31,526 bases of DNA from a virus (Duplodnaviria; Caudoviricetes). Position 1 is the first letter of the stretch. Each line of letters opens with the position of its first letter. The stretch is taken from positions 1 through 31,526 of IMG/VR virus record IMGVR_UViG_3300005837_000063; one strand, 5' to 3'. Both the position numbers and the translations under genes were made by a program. The notes beneath the pieces are model-generated. The model was not told where the DNA came from. It ran no database searches and was given only the letters and a program-made list of their open reading frames with translations. Positions 23,421 to 31,526 of this stretch are shown one piece after another.

Positions 23421-24869
23421 TTAACACGCCATCAATACGCACGGCACGAGATACGAACCATCGTCATAAGTATGTGAAACATGTGTTGATGTGACTTTTG
23501 CAATTGTTTTGCTACGAACAATGTCATCATCTTGTGGCTTGGCTGTGCCATCTCCAGCAGACATAAGCAAGTCACCTCTGGCAACCGTTGTGCCTTGTGC
23601 GATACGGATAACCATGTCGCCAGTCATAGCAACATTCATGTCATTGAATTGGTCATCATCGTTATCCCAATTAACAAACACACCAGCGACATTTGTGTCA
23701 CCCTCAACTGATGATACAGCCATGCAGTTAAGTTGTTCGTTATCTTCTGTAAATGCGTCTTTGGCTGGCGTTTTTTCGTTACCGACTTGTGCATAGACTG
23801 CGGCGGTTTTTTCATCGCCAACTGATACTCCGTCAGGTAATGTATCATCTTCTGTATAATATGTTGCAGGTGTAATTTCTGGCAAGTAATCACCATCAAC
23901 ATAGTATGTGGCGGCAACAGCATCATGTGACCACACTGCCATCTGGTCTAAGTTAGTCATTACTGTGCCTTTAACAATAGATGTATCTTTTGTGCCATTA
24001 GTAAGCTGTGACCAACGTGATAAGTGACCACCATTATATGAGACTGTTGTGCCGCTTACTGATATTGAGCCTTCAGCAGTACCATCTCCATAAAATAAAA
24101 CCAAATCTCCATCACTATCAATTCTACCAATCACAACAGCCGCATTACCTGTTCTGCCTATCGAAAAATAAGGGTCACTTGCTTCACCGAAGGTAGCACC
24201 CTTATTAGCGGCATTAGATGCACTTGCTGGGTTTACATCATTATTAGCATTGCCTATGAATGTACGCCCAAGATTATCTACCCTGATGCGCTCATTGCCG
24301 TTTGTAATTAATCCAATGGAGTGATTTGTTTGAGTTCCTATAAAACCAACAGAACCAGAGTTATAGAATGAATTATTAACAGTTCCATCAGTAACTTTAA
24401 TAAAGCCGCCATTTGAACTACCAGCAACTTCAAGAACTGTAAAACCAGAAACAGTGCTTGGCGTAGTCGTGCCGATGCCGATTGAATTTGCCGCAACAAT
24501 TGTTCCAAGATTACCTAATAAATTTGCACTTTTATCATAAAGGGTTCTGTCGTTATTTGCGGCATCTTTATGGTCAATATCGCCCTCTATTTTCATATTA
24601 CCAGCACCATCCAGCGTGATAGTGTTACCAATCTTTTCTAAATGGTCGCCTGTTTGGTCAAGCACGAACAACTCTATCCAAGCATCGTTATCCTCATTGC
24701 GGATATAGAGTTTGTTGTTTGCGGTGTCATACCAAATCATATTTGCATATGTAGTTGATGGGGCGGTTGCATTAGAGTTATTTGTTACAATCGCCTGTAA
24801 TACATTATTAAGGTCTGTCCGTGTTGATGGGAAAGACTGATTACTGATTACATAGTCATGTGTCGCCAT
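23421..24869 (-). CDS. Tail fiber protein
   Basis: N-terminal anchor (HDY.I.NQ.FP..R.DLN, WYDT.NN.L.IRN), IGIGTTTPS and TNG.ERIR fiber motifs, C-terminal GDLLMSAGDG.A domain. Confidence 0.85.
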   Translation of the reverse strand: MATHDYVISNQSFPSTRTDLNNVLQAIVTNNSNATAPSTTYANMIWYDTANNKLYIRNEDNDAWIELFVLDQTGDHLEKIGNTITLDGAGNMKIEGDIDHKDAANNDRTLYDKSANLLGNLGTIVAANSIGIGTTTPSTVSGFTVLEVAGSSNGGFIKVTDGTVNNSFYNSGSVGFIGTQTNHSIGLITNGNERIRVDNLGRTFIGNANNDVNPASASNAANKGATFGEASDPYFSIGRTGNAAVVIGRIDSDGDLVLFYGDGTAEGSISVSGTTVSYNGGHLSRWSQLTNGTKDTSIVKGTVMTNLDQMAVWSHDAVAATYYVDGDYLPEITPATYYTEDDTLPDGVSVGDEKTAAVYAQVGNEKTPAKDAFTEDNEQLNCMAVSSVEGDTNVAGVFVNWDNDDDQFNDMNVAMTGDMVIRIAQGTTVARGDLLMSAGDGTAKPQDDDIVRSKTIAKVTSTHVSHTYDDGSYLVPCVLMAC

Positions 24870-27787
24870 TAGCTTACTACCTCGCCAAATCCTTTTGCCT
24901 GAAAATCAAAAGTTCGATTAACAGGGCTGTTGCCACTGTCCTTAAAAATAATGTTAAAACCTGTGGCTGATTTTCCAGTTATAACATAAAAATCGCCAGA
25001 TGCCATATTTTGTGCAGTAATTGCTAAATTATCTAATTGTGAGAATGCAGGGCTGAAAACCACATCTTTACCGCCAGCATCCGTGCCTGACGAGATGTCG
25101 TTACCATAATCCAAACGGTCAGGCATATCGACTGTGACCTGCAAGCCTGTCACTATCGGGGTGCTGTTCGTGCTTTCGCTTTGCAATACCGCCCGAAAAC
25201 GGAATGCTCTAGCACTGTATTCCCCAACGACGAAATCTCGGAACGCTGTATAATTAGGAGTCCCTGCTGGGTCGCCATCTGTTGTGGAAACCTGCAATTT
25301 CACATTTACATCTGCTGGGGCTGTGTCTCCGTCAAATAGTCCAGATTTGTCATCGAAGTTACCATCTTCGCTATCAAATAAGTCAACATAGTCACGGCGG
25401 TCTGTTATCAGGATTGCTGTAACTCTGCTTGTAAACTTTGAGCCAAGGTCAACGCTTGCGTCACCTGTTGAGCCAACAAAGCTATAAGTGCCTTCGTTAT
25501 CTACGCTAGAACTGCCCCCATCGAACAGTCCCAAAGCGGAGTCGAATAGACCTGTCCCTGATAAGCCAGAGTCAAAGTTTATCGTGGTGTCTAACTGCAA
25601 CGCCCCATCAACGACAACGACATCTGATTTTGTTCCTGCAAAGGTCGGGCTTTCTGTGATCGTGCTGACAACATTACCTGCCTCAATCTCATTGATGATG
25701 CAAACACTTTCCGTAGCGTTTTGTGATTGCCGACCACCCTTATCAAATGCCTTGATTAAATAAGTGCCTGTCTGCGCTGGCACAACAACTGTATTTGCGG
25801 GGCGACTTACCTTTCGTGCGAATATCTGCGCTGTCTGAAAACTTGCACCTGATGTCGCTGACGAATGACGGACTTGATAGTGTGATAAATCAATATCAGT
25901 TACAGGTGTCCAAGCAAGATGTGCTTCCTTGCCGATTATATTTACCGCAAAATTTGTCACATCGGATGGGATGTCTGTGCCGCCAACGACCTGATGATTT
26001 GTGGTTGTATATGATGATACACCACCCGCACTGTTTATAGACCTTGCGCGGATATTATAAAGTTCGCCATCAAGCGCATTTACAAATTCAAACTTGGTAT
26101 TTGATGATCTGCCCAAAAATATAAATTCGCTGTCAACATTACGCTTAATTGATACCTCAAACTCCTGTGCCAAGAAGTCGGAACTGGTAACATTGACAAT
26201 CAAGACGGTTACAGGAGTTTCATTTTGCAGACGTAGCTCGTCTGATACAGTCAAACCAGGTGCTAAAATGTCAAATGGTGAGCGCAACTCAGTATTATCG
26301 GCGGTGAAATCTTGTTCCTCTGTTGAGGCTGTCCAATCAAAGACAGTGCTGACAAGCTCCCTCATTGTAACATCTACACCGATAGCAGGATTGTCCCCGC
26401 CCTCTACGGAAAGCGACCAGCTTGTTATTTCAAAGACCTTAGATGAAAACCCAAAGCGGTCTATCGTAATATTTATCGTGTCGCCAACATCATACTTAAA
26501 GGCTGTCAATTTCATGCGACCTGATAGCTGTAATTGCTGGCGGCTTCTAAACAGAGCAAGTTTGGCAAGCCGTTGAGCCGTTGCGCTTGAATTTGTAAAT
26601 GGCAAATCCAGTTCACGAAAAATACGCTCATTACCATCCTCCGCCTCAAATGTTGATGAGGTAATTGATGGATAGTCTGCCAACTGCCAGTTTGTTTCTT
26701 CAGCAATCCATTGACCCTTTACGGCGTTAAAGTTATTTCTGCGGCTCGGTTTGGTAACGATCTGGATTGGACCAGCGAAATCATCATCCGTAAGCGTATC
26801 TGATGGGCTTACATACGCCCCCGCCTTGACAAAAAACTGACCATTAGAATATGTCAAAGTGCCTCCCATTGCACTCAGGAGAGCCTTTATAATATTTTCG
26901 GGGGTATCACTCGTATTTACTACGCCATTGGTCGTATAGCGCTTCTCTGTGCCTCCTGCGGCTAATGAAATATCTTCATCGCAAACATTAGCGGCTGTAT
27001 TAAATGATGCTGTATTGATTTCACTAGTATCACAATTTAGACCAAATTCTGAGGTTAGATAATCATATAGTACTAATGCGCTGTTTGTGGAATACGCCGT
27101 TGTGCTTGTGCGTGTGTCTAGTATTTTTTTGCCCCTTACGACTGCGCTGATGTTTGGGATGCCGTTTGGAAATGCCTCATTGTCATATGCAAACAAACCA
27201 TAGATGGCTGGTATATTTGTCAGTTTGTGGTCTGCTGTCCAAAGCCCGTTGGTTACTGTTGTAAGTGTGCTGAAAGATGTATCAGATGATGTTCCCAACT
27301 TTGTTTGCAACCGCATGATTGGTCTGCCAGCATCAGTATCTCCAACATATTGAGACGGGGCGGTTGGCTGTTGTATGCCTGATGCGTCTGCCGCCCCAAG
27401 CGTAAGCGCATCCTCGTTTATATATATTTCATCAATCGCCTGAAACTCATGCGTCCCCAAAGCAACAACAATATTTAGAAATTCTGATTTGGCTGTTGTC
27501 TGTAAAAATACAACTGGACCTGAAACCTTAACCTTGCCATAGACCAATTTTCTTGATGCGGCTGGCTGGCGCAACATCTGGTCTCGCCCTCGCATATTTT
27601 GACTCAATGGCATTTTAACATCTGGCGCAAGTGCCATACCTACAACGCCAACTGCGGCATTGATGGCAAATGTTGTCAAAAAGAAAGACCCTGCACCCGC
27701 AAATCCAATAGCCGCAAATCCCACTGTTGCGTAAACGGCTCCTGTTGCGACTGCGGCACCCACTGCGGCGGCAATAACTGGCGGCAT
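24869..27787 (-). CDS. Tail tip/host specificity protein (gpJ-like, FN3 domains)
   Basis: RKLVYG.VKVSG, G.PNISAVVRGKK..D.R, LYDYL...G, RY..NG, AQRLAK..L.R.R. Start set at MPPVI (TAATG overlap). Confidence 0.9.
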   Translation of the reverse strand: MPPVIAAAVGAAVATGAVYATVGFAAIGFAGAGSFFLTTFAINAAVGVVGMALAPDVKMPLSQNMRGRDQMLRQPAASRKLVYGKVKVSGPVVFLQTTAKSEFLNIVVALGTHEFQAIDEIYINEDALTLGAADASGIQQPTAPSQYVGDTDAGRPIMRLQTKLGTSSDTSFSTLTTVTNGLWTADHKLTNIPAIYGLFAYDNEAFPNGIPNISAVVRGKKILDTRTSTTAYSTNSALVLYDYLTSEFGLNCDTSEINTASFNTAANVCDEDISLAAGGTEKRYTTNGVVNTSDTPENIIKALLSAMGGTLTYSNGQFFVKAGAYVSPSDTLTDDDFAGPIQIVTKPSRRNNFNAVKGQWIAEETNWQLADYPSITSSTFEAEDGNERIFRELDLPFTNSSATAQRLAKLALFRSRQQLQLSGRMKLTAFKYDVGDTINITIDRFGFSSKVFEITSWSLSVEGGDNPAIGVDVTMRELVSTVFDWTASTEEQDFTADNTELRSPFDILAPGLTVSDELRLQNETPVTVLIVNVTSSDFLAQEFEVSIKRNVDSEFIFLGRSSNTKFEFVNALDGELYNIRARSINSAGGVSSYTTTNHQVVGGTDIPSDVTNFAVNIIGKEAHLAWTPVTDIDLSHYQVRHSSATSGASFQTAQIFARKVSRPANTVVVPAQTGTYLIKAFDKGGRQSQNATESVCIINEIEAGNVVSTITESPTFAGTKSDVVVVDGALQLDTTINFDSGLSGTGLFDSALGLFDGGSSSVDNEGTYSFVGSTGDASVDLGSKFTSRVTAILITDRRDYVDLFDSEDGNFDDKSGLFDGDTAPADVNVKLQVSTTDGDPAGTPNYTAFRDFVVGEYSARAFRFRAVLQSESTNSTPIVTGLQVTVDMPDRLDYGNDISSGTDAGGKDVVFSPAFSQLDNLAITAQNMASGDFYVITGKSATGFNIIFKDSGNSPVNRTFDFQAKGFGEVVS

Positions 27788-28185
27788 TACATTCTCCAAG
27801 CCCTAATAAGAGAGGTCAAAGGTATATGCTCGATACCCTTTTCTCCAATGAATACCGCATGCGCCCCCATGCAAATGCCCATCGCTGGACCCTCGCATGT
27901 TTCTATATCTACAATATCGCCGCGTTGCGCCATTGTAATTGGCACACGCTCAAAATGCTTATCCATCAATTCGGTAAGGTTTTTTGCTCTCTTTAAAACG
28001 AGTTTGTAGGCACTGTGCTTTGTTCCGACATTTTGTAATGCCTCTGGGAAATCTGTCTGCCCCGTAACTGTCTGCTGTGCCTCTGTGACAAGTTGCATAC
28101 AGTTATTTTCAGCCCAATCAAAAGGCTGGTTACGCTTGCTTTGAACAAGCTCCTCAAGTCTGCTTTCCCAACCTTCTTGTCTCAT
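27787..28185 (-). CDS. NlpC/P60-like tail tip protein (DUF6950-like)
   Basis: W..RL......PFDW..NNC, AQRGDIV, MGIC.G; position upstream of gpJ. Confidence 0.75.
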   Translation of the reverse strand: MRQEGWESRLEELVQSKRNQPFDWAENNCMQLVTEAQQTVTGQTDFPEALQNVGTKHSAYKLVLKRAKNLTELMDKHFERVPITMAQRGDIVDIETCEGPAMGICMGAHAVFIGEKGIEHIPLTSLIRAWRM

Positions 28186-28826
28186 GGTATAAAAATATTA
28201 TCTATTTCTGAAATTGGAACGCCATTATATGTTGGCGGCGGCAACCCTTGGTCTTCCTTGCCTGTTCCCCATGTAATTGTCTTATCTTGGAGATCATTAA
28301 CAAATGCCAAACCAATGTCTGTTGAGTCAACCAGCTTTTGGTCTTCCTGAGTAAATCTGCGGGGCTTTGCCTTTTGTAAGGCAACCAATCGGTTTTGCGC
28401 CTTGACTTGTATGCTGGCTGTTTCCCCACTGTCAACAATATCCATCGTGTCCATCTTGCCACGGAACAAAATATATGGGTCTGCTATAACCGCACCAGAT
28501 GACAAAAGCCCAAGATATAGAGTTGCGTCTTTGCCTTGGTAATTTTCTGATAATGCCAGACTTAACAATGATGAATTTATCCCTGAAAGTGAAAAACTTG
28601 CATTACTTGACTCAATATCGTTTGTTTCCTCTACGGCTGAGACTGTTGCCAAATCACCCGCCCCTGTGAAAGTTTCTGAACCTGAACCCGCTTCAAATGC
28701 AATATCGCCAACGCCCGTCCAAAGGCGTGTCGTGCCGCTTTCAAATTCTAATTTAACAGCAAAAAATGGGTCAACATTATCGGCGGCAATCGCATTATTG
28801 AAAGCTGTGGTTGATGAGCGTGTCAT
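28182..28826 (-). CDS. Tail hub/gpL-like protein
   Basis: RLWTG.G, F.GAG.L..VS.VEE, LSGI, F.G.MD, RFT.EDQ, ITWG. Confidence 0.75.
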   Translation of the reverse strand: MTRSSTTAFNNAIAADNVDPFFAVKLEFESGTTRLWTGVGDIAFEAGSGSETFTGAGDLATVSAVEETNDIESSNASFSLSGINSSLLSLALSENYQGKDATLYLGLLSSGAVIADPYILFRGKMDTMDIVDSGETASIQVKAQNRLVALQKAKPRRFTQEDQKLVDSTDIGLAFVNDLQDKTITWGTGKEDQGLPPPTYNGVPISEIDNIFIP

Positions 28827-29449
28827 TAAAATGCCTCACTACAACTGAACGAAAAACCATAAGTTGATGCCGCATTTGCATCCCATCCCGAAACATCATC
28901 ATCTAACCTGAAAACGCCTTTTGGGTTTGTGTAGGTAATGGTGGCATCATCTCCGACGCTTCCTTTCAGAGCTGGCTCTATATCAAGGTTCGCCGCCCCT
29001 GATGAGCAAGTCGCATCGTTAACGACTTGATGAAGCGTTGTGCCAACCTGAATATAATCACCCGCCTTGAAAACCACTGTGCTATCTGCATTTGTATACC
29101 CGTCTGTTGCTATTGTGCTGACCCCTGCGGAATACCCGCCTGAATTATTTATTCTGATCGTGCCAGCAACCGCGCCCTGCGGTGAAGTTGCATCGGGGTC
29201 GCCTAATTCAAAGGTCCCCCTGCGCCCTCGTAGTTTCAGAAAAAATGCTTGCCATTCGGCGGCTTGCGCTCGCTTCATCGGCGGCAAGGAAAGTGTCGCT
29301 TGCCACATTGAAAACTTTTCATAGCTGAATGTTTGCTGTGTTCCTGTAAATGGGCTTTGCGAAATGCCAGTGCGCCGCATCAACTGAAATTTAGATTGCG
29401 AATAATTAGGACTGGTTGGATAGCTAAGTGGATAAGTATAGGTCGCCAT
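28826..29449 (-). CDS. Distal tail protein (Dit-like)
   Basis: SPFTG.QQ, W.A...LPP, FFLKLRG..G.F...DP, GDYI, IEP.L, P.GVFRL, F...EAF; follows the tape measure gene. Confidence 0.75.
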   Translation of the reverse strand: MATYTYPLSYPTSPNYSQSKFQLMRRTGISQSPFTGTQQTFSYEKFSMWQATLSLPPMKRAQAAEWQAFFLKLRGRRGTFELGDPDATSPQGAVAGTIRINNSGGYSAGVSTIATDGYTNADSTVVFKAGDYIQVGTTLHQVVNDATCSSGAANLDIEPALKGSVGDDATITYTNPKGVFRLDDDVSGWDANAASTYGFSFSCSEAF

Positions 29450-31242
29450 TACAATACCTCTGCCATTCTGCCACCTTTAGATTTGGCTTGTGCTACTGCT
29501 GTCAATGTTTGATTTTTGATAACAGGCAAGAAGTTAAGAAGTTCCGCCCTTACTGTCTGGGATACGCCAGTGCTAACATTTATATTCTGATTGACCACAA
29601 CGCTAGTGCCGCCCAATGCAGACCGCGTATTGTTCGAGTTCATCAATGATGCGGCGGCATTTGGTATCAGGATTTCAGGACCCCGTTCTCCGACAAGTGT
29701 AGGCTGTCCGCGCTGGACTGTGCCGCCTGTTGCCCCTGCGGGTCGCGGCATAGGAACCATAGCACCACTACTACCGCCGCCACCAAATATGTTACCTGTT
29801 GGCAAGGCATTTGGCGTCCCTGAAAGATTAAATATGCTATTAAGAATCTGATTGATTACTTGCAGTCTAATAAACTCCGCGATTAACTGAGTTACAAAAC
29901 TTCTGGCAATACTCTTGAAGTCATCCAGCGCAAACTCGCCATTTGCCAAACCTTCTGCTAATTCTTGTGACAGACTGTTGCCAAAATCAATAGTTGCATT
30001 TTTTACTGTATCCATAACAATTTTTTGATTTTCTATTGAAATACGCAACTGTTCATTTTTTCTGATGATCTCATCAATCTGGTCTAATTCTGCCGCTTGC
30101 GTATCTGAGATTGCGCGTCGCGCCTCGATAATCTGCCCGTCAATCTCATTGCCAGAAAGTTTGACCGCATTAAGGGCTTCATTTTCTATTCTTAATTTTC
30201 TAAGTGCTTCTTCTAGTTTTGCACTTTCGACATCTGTCAGCTTTGGCACTATTGGTGTTTCTTGTAATTTTTTGCCAGCATTTGCTAAATTATTTACCGA
30301 ATCTGCCGCCTCATCCGTGCCCTCTTTGAATTTACGAACCTTGACATTATTATCAACCATATAGCGTAGGCTTGGCAAAAGCCATCCCATAAGCGCCTCG
30401 CCAATCGACCGCTGACCCTTTACAACTTCCGTTGAATCCTTTGCCATGTCGGTAAAGAGTTCTACAAACTCTTTCATAGCGGGCATAAGACGCTGACCTA
30501 TAGCAAGCTGTAATTCATCAACCGCCGCCTGTAATGCCCTGACCCTATTAGCATAGCTATCGGATGTTCTGGCGGCATCTCCATGCGCGTCTGTCGTTCC
30601 TGCTAAGATAAGATTTAATCTTGCCTGAACCTTCTCTTGAGCCGATACCGCATCAATGTTTTTCGTAATCCCCATACGAAATAATTCGGCTTTGAGTTCT
30701 GTCTCCCCGATTACAATACCAAAGCGTCGGACTGTTTCGTGGTTACCTACCAACGCTGATTGAAATGCCTTCATTACCTCTGGGTCTGAGGCATTTTGGA
30801 ATGACGCAACATCTGTTGCCAGCTTAGTAAGCTGAACAGATAAATCGGCGGCTTCACCACGCGCAAAACCTAACGGCACAAATGTATCCTGCACCTGCGC
30901 CGCCATTTCTTCTAATTCAAAGCGAGATCGTCCGACTGCATCCGCAAATGAGCCAAGTTCTTTTCTAACATCTTGAGTAAATTGACCAAATACAACGCTA
31001 GACTTAGCTTGCATCTCCTCTACATGGCTTGCAAAGTTTGTTGCGGCTATTGCGCCCCTAGCGAACTCACGAACAACAACAGCACCGAGGACAGCCTTAA
31101 ACACCCGCCCCATATTTTCCATTGCGCGACCCGCGCCGCGAGTTGCGGTTTTTGTTCTTTTGTCAAGTTCGTTTAAGGATTTTTTTACATCCTTGAGGTC
31201 TGCCTCGACCTTAACCAGAATTGTATCAACTGTTGTCGCCAT
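29449..31242 (-). CDS. Tail tape measure protein (597 aa)
   Basis: Ala-rich helical protein; C-terminal GG.V..G...LVGERGPEI..P motif; position. Confidence 0.92.
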   Translation of the reverse strand: MATTVDTILVKVEADLKDVKKSLNELDKRTKTATRGAGRAMENMGRVFKAVLGAVVVREFARGAIAATNFASHVEEMQAKSSVVFGQFTQDVRKELGSFADAVGRSRFELEEMAAQVQDTFVPLGFARGEAADLSVQLTKLATDVASFQNASDPEVMKAFQSALVGNHETVRRFGIVIGETELKAELFRMGITKNIDAVSAQEKVQARLNLILAGTTDAHGDAARTSDSYANRVRALQAAVDELQLAIGQRLMPAMKEFVELFTDMAKDSTEVVKGQRSIGEALMGWLLPSLRYMVDNNVKVRKFKEGTDEAADSVNNLANAGKKLQETPIVPKLTDVESAKLEEALRKLRIENEALNAVKLSGNEIDGQIIEARRAISDTQAAELDQIDEIIRKNEQLRISIENQKIVMDTVKNATIDFGNSLSQELAEGLANGEFALDDFKSIARSFVTQLIAEFIRLQVINQILNSIFNLSGTPNALPTGNIFGGGGSSGAMVPMPRPAGATGGTVQRGQPTLVGERGPEILIPNAAASLMNSNNTRSALGGTSVVVNQNINVSTGVSQTVRAELLNFLPVIKNQTLTAVAQAKSKGGRMAEVL

Positions 31243-31454
31243 TAATCAGGATACCTCAACATTAAATCTTCCAATTCATTCTGGGTTAATGGCTTATCTT
31301 GTGTGCTGTTTGCTTCTAAATATCCATTTATAACAATAAACAACTCTTGCAGACCCATGTCCCAAAATTCAGATGGCGGTATCCCAATTACTCCAATCCC
31401 TGCCCCAATGAGACTTTGCCACGGAATGGCATCTACTGGTTGACCGCCTCCTGC
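31242..31454 (-). CDS. Tail chaperone -1 frame extension (Phage_TAC_6/GTA g10.1-like)
   Basis: Open -1 frame AGGGQPVDAIPWQSLIGAGIGVIGIPPSEFWDM...LTQNELEDLMLRYPD; stop overlaps the tape measure ATG. Confidence 0.85.
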   Translation of the reverse strand, partial: AGGGQPVDAIPWQSLIGAGIGVIGIPPSEFWDMGLQELFIVINGYLEANSTQDKPLTQNELEDLMLRYPD

Positions 31455-31526
31455 TTTCCCTCAGTTTCCTCATCCCCCATCAAGGTATTCGTTAGAATTT
31501 GACCAACAGCCGTAAGGCAATCTACA
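31433..31526 (-). CDS. Tail assembly chaperone, 3' part (continuation of 251..1)
   Basis: (Y)VDCLTAVGQILTNTLMGDEETEGKQEAVNQ*; in frame across the junction, 114 aa total. Confidence 0.85.
   Translation of the reverse strand, partial: VDCLTAVGQILTNTLMGDEETEGKQEAVNQ
31454..31460 (-). promoter_or_regulatory. Programmed -1 ribosomal frameshift site
   Basis: G GGA AAG in frame (Gly-Lys), the same heptamer as lambda gpG/GT. Confidence 0.88.

Larger units (their letters stand above)
1..31526. mobile_element. Apparently complete circular siphovirus-type phage genome (HK97 head, GTA-like tail)
   Basis: Full set of packaging, head, tail, lysis, replication and recombination genes. No host housekeeping genes. 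The ends join in frame within the tail chaperone gene. Confidence 0.92.

Noticed and set aside
23421-24869. Diversity-generating retroelement target in tail fiber
   Set aside because: No reverse transcriptase and no template repeat seen
630-31176. Many antisense or alternate-frame ORFs in the track (e.g. 630..914, 7543..7875, 13929..14324, 19362..19751, 26094..26576, 30065..30364)
   Set aside because: They lie within well-supported genes, lack RBS and motifs, and look like codon-bias shadows

Overview
The window appears to be an entire ~31.5-kb circular(ly permuted) tailed-phage genome. The tail-chaperone ORF leaving position 1 continues in frame from position 31526. It encodes an HK97-type head and a non-contractile tail whose neck, tube and chaperone genes resemble those of RcGTA, which suggests an alphaproteobacterial, probably marine, host (inference). 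Most genes are on the minus strand. These are ParB-glycosyltransferase-terminase-portal-head-tail-lysis, plus an HTH replication initiator and a T7 gp4/Twinkle-like primase-helicase. Two plus-strand blocks hold early/accessory genes: DUF932-like, PD-(D/E)XK nuclease, ERF, putative SSB, Cro-like HTH and a 2OG-Fe(II) oxygenase. I recognised no integrase, DNA polymerase, CI-type repressor, tRNA or CRISPR array. Six observations stand out. (1) A GTTC-N6-GAAC palindrome occurs at seven promoter regions, with a shared ACTCA(A)-type leader at five of them. (2) A boxA-like motif and a GNRA hairpin lie next to an unannotated Arg-rich 41-aa ORF. (3) A packaging-linked ParB + TAGT-type glycosyltransferase has no obvious partner enzyme. 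(4) The portal carries three extra C-terminal domains. (5) A GGGAAG-type slippery site, GGGAAAG, predicts a -1 frameshift in the tail chaperone. (6) 23-bp iterons lie inside the initiator gene. Family names come from motif recognition by eye, not database searches.
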